Source: Candidatus Scalinduaceae bacterium
GTDB lineage: Bacteria > Planctomycetota > Brocadiia > Brocadiales > Scalinduaceae
NCBI GenBank assembly: GCA_046759445.1
Contig: JBHICG010000036.1
Coordinates: forward strand, 1-33,573
Length of the DNA stretch: 33,573 bases
Direction of reading: 5' to 3'
In this document: piece after piece, positions 28,535-33,573 of the stretch
Layout: the number at the start of each line of letters is the position of its first letter
Position numbering within the stretch: the stretch's first letter is position 1
The notes under the pieces: model-generated
The model's database searches: none
Told to the model about the DNA's origin: nothing
Seen by the model: the letters and a program-made list of their open reading frames with translations, nothing else
Translations under genes and position numbers: made by a program

Positions 28535-29512
28535 TTATGTGCGTTTTAACAATTCTCTTCGAGTTTCAAGTAATTTTTGTCCCAGTCTCGAACGTACGAA
28601 AAGACTTCTTATAGCTATTCTAATGACTACACTCAATTCTTTTACGAATCTTCTCCTATTCTGGATAAACCATTTCATCGTAATTATAAAACAGTACATT
28701 CTCTCAAACCAGTTAAGTTTTACCCGTACTATTGCCGACATGTACTGATACAGCCATCTCCATGTCGGGAAGTAAATCCCCTTTCTCTTTGTGGAATCAA
28801 ACCAGGCAGTTTGTTGTTCATTACTTCCAAGAGTAAAACGCGTAAATGATTGGGGATGATCTCTTCGATAAAAAAGATAGTCGTAAAGTTCATAGAATTC
28901 ACCCCGCAGAGCCAGCTCTCCAAGTAACATCATGTCAGATCCTATATAATTTCCAAAAAGGGGTGTTTTTTTAAGAACACTTGCCCTTATTACCCCGAAA
29001 ACCGGGTAACACATTCCCCATGGAGAATATCGACTCATGAAGTGCTTATATCGCTGATGTGGTGACGGACTCCGAAGGTCGAGGTCATCAGAGACCTGGC
29101 TAATTTGTTTACCATAATCATCTATGATGATAGTACAGGGATAACACAAGATGACTGAAGGTCGTTTATCAAGCACCTCAATACATTTTTCTAAATATGT
29201 TGGGGCACATATATCATCATGAGATGCCCACTTAAAGTACTTGCCTGAAGACAATTCAAAGACACGGTTGCCATTATAGGCAGCTCCAAGATTGATATTA
29301 TTACGAATATACTGAATACGCTTATCCTTTGCAACATACGCACGGCAAATCTCTTCAGTTCTATCTGTAGACGCATTATCTGAGATTATCAATTCAAAAT
29401 CTTCAAAAGTCTGAGCTAAAATCGAGTCTATAGCTTCTTTGATAAAATTCTCACCATTATATACGGGCATACCGATACTGACTCGTGGCATTTTACTTTT
29501 TAAATCTTTCAT
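28535..29512 (-). CDS. Glycosyltransferase family 2
   Basis: VSIGMPVYNGE, ISDNASTD, YFKWASHDD. Confidence 0.9.
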   Translation of the reverse strand: MKDLKSKMPRVSIGMPVYNGENFIKEAIDSILAQTFEDFELIISDNASTDRTEEICRAYVAKDKRIQYIRNNINLGAAYNGNRVFELSSGKYFKWASHDDICAPTYLEKCIEVLDKRPSVILCYPCTIIIDDYGKQISQVSDDLDLRSPSPHQRYKHFMSRYSPWGMCYPVFGVIRASVLKKTPLFGNYIGSDMMLLGELALRGEFYELYDYLFYRRDHPQSFTRFTLGSNEQQTAWFDSTKRKGIYFPTWRWLYQYMSAIVRVKLNWFERMYCFIITMKWFIQNRRRFVKELSVVIRIAIRSLFVRSRLGQKLLETRRELLKRT

Positions 29513-30068
29513 AGCTTCTTACTTTCTGTTGGAAAAGACATCCTTTTATTTTTAATGTCATTAAACTAATATTGTATTTTAACTAAATAACGTTTCAATA
29601 ATATAAAAAGCACTAAAGGGCTGGCAGAAAATATAATGCTTAGTAATATGTTTTCTGATCTAATAAATCTCCCGCTTAAAGCAACCAAAATACCTTCTAA
29701 TATAAAAGAGGTTAATAAGATGCCCCCTAAGACGAGCAGAATCATGATGACAAATTGTATTCCTGTCATTTTTATAATGAGTGATAAAAAAACGCTTAAA
29801 GGGATAAAAATGGAGGCATAGTACAGAACCTTGTAACACAACAGGGTAGACGCTTGCGAAGTAAATAAAAAGCTGAAAAAGGTACCTCCAGGAGTAAATT
29901 CAATAGTGTGAGAATTACTCAAACCGTCTACAAAAAGGGTTAGAATAGATCCATCGTAAGTAATAACTAATTCATGTTAATTCTTATTCGAGAATATATC
30001 TGGTACAATCAGCTGAAGTTGAACTCCATTTTCTCCTGTAAGATGTACGAAGTTGAAAGACTAAGTCA
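29445..30068 (+). repeat. Direct repeat copy 1 (~624 bp)
   Basis: Matches 32900-33525 at offset 3455; the ORF track gives identical 118-aa and 61-aa translations in both copies. Confidence 0.95.
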
Positions 30069-30073
30069 CGACC
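29566..30073 (-). pseudogene. 3' fragment of a LamG-like jellyroll plus membrane-helix protein (copy 1)
   Basis: GRDLVFQLRT/(2-bp deletion)/LTGENG..IVPDIFSNKN*HELVITYDGSILTLFVDG followed by hydrophobic helices; in-frame TAA at 29977-29979. Confidence 0.6.
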
Positions 30074-30281
30074 CATATTTATATAGGCCTTCTCAGTACC
30101 GTGCCGGGGCAAGTTCAGCCCGTATGTTACCACACAAACCCGCCTTCTGCCTACATAACCAAAGGGGTAATTGATATGATAACCTCCTTTCAGGTTATTA
30201 GATAATGGTCTCGTGACCTCATACATAATTAAGACGCGGCCTTATTTACTCACGGCTTTGTCTCCATCTAACAGAAGTGGA

Positions 30282-31529
30282 TTATACTGCCAGGATGTCG
30301 GCGACAACGCCCATCGCCTCCACTCTCTGAGTAATTTCCCTGAGGTAGGTCTGGTTCAATGAGACGATAAGATCGGGTTTGTATTCTTGAAGAAATTCAG
30401 GTGGCACGATCTGTTGACCGGTGCCGACTACATACCTCCCCTGCTGATGAGGATTGATATTAACGATGTATTCGATCTCATCCCCGATCTCCAGTGCGTT
30501 CAGAAAAGCGGCACCCTTCGAGCCCGAACCCCATAGCACAGCACGCTTTTTTTTATTACGAATGGGCTCCAGGATCTTCCTCCACTCTGCTAGCTTCTCC
30601 CTAAAATTACTCTGGAACTTCTCGACAGCCTGGACCGCCTCGGCAGGTGTTTCCTCTAACTCGAACGGCGCATGGTTGATGGTGCTTGAGGAACGACACT
30701 CGAGCAGGATATATCGATCATCGAAGTCAAGAACGAGATCCAAAACCTCGAAACCCACGCTCCGGAGTAAGCGAGCGAGAGAGCCGCAAGTGAAGTACGA
30801 GCAATGTTCGTAGTAGATATCCCAGAATGCCCCTCCCCTTAAGATATTCTTCATGTCGGGAACTTCAAAAAAAACTGTGGCGTCGGAGCGATCACCTAGG
30901 GAACGTCGCAATACGGCAAGGAAGTCTCGAACTGGTTGAGTATGCTCGAGCATGTGTCGACAGATAACGAAATTCCCAATCATATACCCATAGCGCTCGG
31001 AGAAATAGTCCCTTATAAAAGTTATACGTTGGTTGGCTTCGCTTCCCGTCTGCCGTTCAACGAAGTTTTGATCGATGCCTACCCCACAATTGTCACCAAG
31101 CTGGCACATGAGTTCCAGAAATTCACCTTGCCCACAACCGATCTCAAGGATGGATTTTCCATATAGCTGGTATTTCTTTATCAAATGACGCGCAATTTTT
31201 CGAGTGAACTCTTGGAAGCGAGGGGAGAATTCCTGTGTCTCTTCGTAGCTGGCTGAGCAATCCTGAACTAAGGGATCGAAACCTGTATTCCAGATGAAGG
31301 CGCAGGTCTTGCAGAAACCAAGGCGAAGCGACCCGCGAGGAAATCCCTTGGCTTCAACGCTATTGCTCAGGAGGCGACAGCTGTCAATAGGAATTGCCTC
31401 TTGCTCATAGAAGATCACAGGATCCAGCGAACCGCAGCTGGGACAAGTATAGTAGCCTTTAGAAATGTGGCCCAGGCTGCTCGGGAAACGGTTGGAAGGA
31501 GTAATACTCATAGGCGATTTAACCAACAA
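30282..31529 (-). CDS. Class I SAM-dependent methyltransferase, NDP-hexose C-methyltransferase family
   Basis: Zn site CPSC..CKTC, LEIGCGQG, RHMLEH, FEVP, YYEHCSYF, C-terminal LWGSGSKG; ATG start at 31511 possible. Confidence 0.82.
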   Translation of the reverse strand: MLVKSPMSITPSNRFPSSLGHISKGYYTCPSCGSLDPVIFYEQEAIPIDSCRLLSNSVEAKGFPRGSLRLGFCKTCAFIWNTGFDPLVQDCSASYEETQEFSPRFQEFTRKIARHLIKKYQLYGKSILEIGCGQGEFLELMCQLGDNCGVGIDQNFVERQTGSEANQRITFIRDYFSERYGYMIGNFVICRHMLEHTQPVRDFLAVLRRSLGDRSDATVFFEVPDMKNILRGGAFWDIYYEHCSYFTCGSLARLLRSVGFEVLDLVLDFDDRYILLECRSSSTINHAPFELEETPAEAVQAVEKFQSNFREKLAEWRKILEPIRNKKKRAVLWGSGSKGAAFLNALEIGDEIEYIVNINPHQQGRYVVGTGQQIVPPEFLQEYKPDLIVSLNQTYLREITQRVEAMGVVADILAV

Positions 31530-31573
31530 AAATCTTATGGTTCTCAGTTATATAATTCCCTGAAATTTTATCT

Positions 31574-32758
31574 CTATCCCTTCTGTAAATCATCTTCGAC
31601 AAGTCTTAAGACCTTATTCACGATTTTCCGGTAATGGGCAAGACTAAATGTGTTCAGAACTTTTTGACGAGTCTGCTCCCAGTTCACGGGATAGGTATGA
31701 CCATTAACGATGGCTATAACTGCCTCCGCTATAGACTCGGGAGAAGGCTCGCAGGTCCACAGATCGACGTCAGAATTAAAAAATTCCTCGATCAGTGGTG
31801 AATTCATCGTTAAAGTCGGTATTCTCATCGAAAGAGCTTCCAAAACTTTGTTAGGAGTCCCACTGAGCGCCTTGTCACTACTTCCAAAAATGCCTAATGC
31901 TAAGTCACAGTTGTCAACTAGATAAGCTGGCAAAGAACTATCGGAGAATTTTAGATCTTTTCTCAGAGAGATACATTTGTTTAGTTGATCGTCTAAACGA
32001 ATCAATTTTTCATAAATATAAAAATACTTATTTGCAACCCCAAATAGATTACAAGTGAATTTTAAGCCTTTTTTCTTCAATATACTCATAGCTTGTAAAA
32101 TATTATCCAATCCGTGAAGAGGAAAACATCCTCCCCACCAGCAAATTCTTAATATACCATCCTGCATAAATTTTCTCTGGAGAACAATTGAAGATTGATT
32201 GAATTCATTAAATAGTGGAGCGATAAATATTTTTTCTCTATTTATATTAATATTTAAAAGTTTTTCCCAGTATCCAATTTCACAATTAGAAATATGAATA
32301 ATATAATCTGGACTTGTCAGAACTCGTCTATCCTTCTCTTTAAGCATCTTACAGATCCGGCTCCCTTCTTCTGCTTTTTTTTTATCTCTAACTGCAGTGT
32401 CATACAGGGATATATAAGGTTCTACGATAAGTTTTTTTTTAAATAATCTCGTAATTAAAAGAATGTTGTTGATGAAATTACTGTTCATTGGCAACAGATA
32501 TATTACGTCTGCAATAGCTGATTTTGCGAGGACTTCAATGATAAAAATCAGCTTATAAATCAGCTTATATACTAATTTAAAACAAATAACTCTAGTAAGA
32601 ATATTTTTTTTGATCCCTTCCTTACCATAAAAAGATGGATTTATTAAAGAAATATTATATCCATGATCTAATAATAATTTGATCAAGTTCTCAGAGCGAT
32701 AAGCTACATTAGTACATCCATATAATAAAATTTTTAGTCTATTTTTGAAAATTGGCAT
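31574..32758 (-). CDS. Glycosyltransferase (GT-B, family 4-like)
   Basis: ISLYDTAVRD, PLHGLDNIL, DLALGIFG, PNKVLEAL. Confidence 0.8.
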   Translation of the reverse strand: MPIFKNRLKILLYGCTNVAYRSENLIKLLLDHGYNISLINPSFYGKEGIKKNILTRVICFKLVYKLIYKLIFIIEVLAKSAIADVIYLLPMNSNFINNILLITRLFKKKLIVEPYISLYDTAVRDKKKAEEGSRICKMLKEKDRRVLTSPDYIIHISNCEIGYWEKLLNININREKIFIAPLFNEFNQSSIVLQRKFMQDGILRICWWGGCFPLHGLDNILQAMSILKKKGLKFTCNLFGVANKYFYIYEKLIRLDDQLNKCISLRKDLKFSDSSLPAYLVDNCDLALGIFGSSDKALSGTPNKVLEALSMRIPTLTMNSPLIEEFFNSDVDLWTCEPSPESIAEAVIAIVNGHTYPVNWEQTRQKVLNTFSLAHYRKIVNKVLRLVEDDLQKG

Positions 32759-32777
32759 AATCAGAAAAATTTGAGTA

Positions 32778-32909
32778 ATGAAAAGGCTACCTTACCTGCC
32801 TGCTGATGAATTTGAGCATGGAGAAAATGACCTTAAGTTTAAATCGAAAATAGAAATCGCAAAAGACTTATTTTTGATGAAGCATTAGAAAAAGGTATTA
32901 AATTCTCAC
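32778..32909 (+). mobile_element. Internal fragment of an IS701-like transposase
   Basis: PYLPADEFEHGENDLKFKSKIEIAKDL/(frameshift)/DEALEKGIKFS resembles the YLP...FxTKxxIA...DxA...GIxF segment of IS701-family DDE transposases. Confidence 0.55.
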
Positions 32910-33525
32910 TATTATATACGGGCATACCGATACTGACTCGTGGCATTTTACTTTTTAAATCTTTCATAGCTTCTTACTTTCTGTTGGAAAAGACATCCTT
33001 TTATTTTTAATGTCATTAAACTAATATTGTATTTTAACTAAATAACGTTTCAATAATATAAAAAGCACTAAAGGGCTGGCAGAAAATATAATGCTTAGTA
33101 ATATGTTTTCTGATCTAATAAATCTCCCGCTTAAAGCAACCAAAATACCTTCTAATATAAAAGAGGTTAATAAGATGCCCCCTAAGACGAGCAGAATCAT
33201 GATGACAAATTGTATTCCTGTCATTTTTATAATGAGTGATAAAAAAACGCTTAAAGGGATAAAAATGGAGGCATAGTACAGAACCTTGTAACACAACAGG
33301 GTAGACGCTTGCGAAGTAAATAAAAAGCTGAAAAAGGTACCTCCAGGAGTAAATTCAATAGTGTGAGAATTACTCAAACCGTCTACAAAAAGGGTTAGAA
33401 TAGATCCATCGTAAGTAATAACTAATTCATGTTAATTCTTATTCGAGAATATATCTGGTACAATCAACTGAGGGTGAACTCCATTTTCTCCTGTAAGAGG
33501 TGTACGAAGCCGAAAGACTAAGTCA
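32900..33525 (+). repeat. Direct repeat copy 2, including the first ~22 codons of the GT2 at 28535-29512 (duplicated start codon at 32967)
   Basis: Near-identical to 29445-30068. Confidence 0.95.
33021..33524 (-). pseudogene. 3' fragment of a LamG-like jellyroll plus membrane-helix protein (copy 2)
   Basis: DLVFRLRTPLTGENGVHPQLIVPDIFSNKN*HELVITYDGSILTLFVDG...; same internal TAA at 33432-33434. Confidence 0.62.
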
Positions 33526-33573
33526 TAACGCACCCCATAAAGGGGTGGCTTGACGGTTATGAGCTGTCTCAAA
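33522..33573 (-). mobile_element. Probable end of an IS200/IS605-family element, running off the window edge
   Basis: Minus strand TTTGAGACAGCTCATAACCGTCAAGCCACCCC-TTTAT-GGGGTGCGTTATGAC: subterminal hairpin, no TIR, placed exactly where homology to repeat copy 1 ends. Confidence 0.45.

Noticed and set aside
29984..30226. 80-aa minus-strand ORF
   Set aside because: Chimeric read-through from non-coding DNA into the frameshifted LamG-like fragment.
668..33276. Numerous plus-strand ORFs of 60-154 aa in the ORF track
   Set aside because: Nearly all are antisense shadows of well-supported minus-strand genes and have no recognisable motifs.
33522..33573. Omega-RNA/HEARO 5' end or group II intron start (GTGCG on the minus strand)
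   Set aside because: Only about 50 nt are visible, and the GTGCG is followed immediately by LamG-like coding sequence. Nothing beyond a generic IS200/IS605-like end can be supported.

Overview
This AT-rich bacterial window is part of one large surface/exo-polysaccharide locus, and every credible gene is on the minus strand. The glycan genes are three GT4 and three GT2 glycosyltransferases, a Wzy/O-antigen-ligase-type membrane protein, WecB, an AsnB-type amidotransferase, a polysaccharide deacetylase, two sulfotransferases and an NDP-sugar C-methyltransferase. Between them (about 9.6-26.3 kb) is an unusual carrier-protein-based tailoring block. Module A has a chorismate pyruvate-lyase, two paralogous ACPs (one frameshifted), a B12-dependent radical SAM enzyme, a broken acyl-AMP ligase and a Cys/Arg-type alpha/beta-hydrolase pair. 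Module B has an FAD oxidoreductase, an intact ligase, an ACP, two AAC(3)-fold acyltransferases and a PaaK-like CoA ligase. Upstream are relics of a class II DAHP synthase and a third AAC(3) gene. My inference is a pathway that attaches a chorismate-derived aromatic acyl group to a sulfated, amidated glycan. Module A appears to be decaying. The window also holds MITE/REP-like elements, IS701-like and IS200/IS605-like remnants, a perfect 38-bp palindrome and a ~0.62-kb direct duplication. I found no rRNA, tRNA or CRISPR array. All family calls come from manual motif recognition, not database searches.
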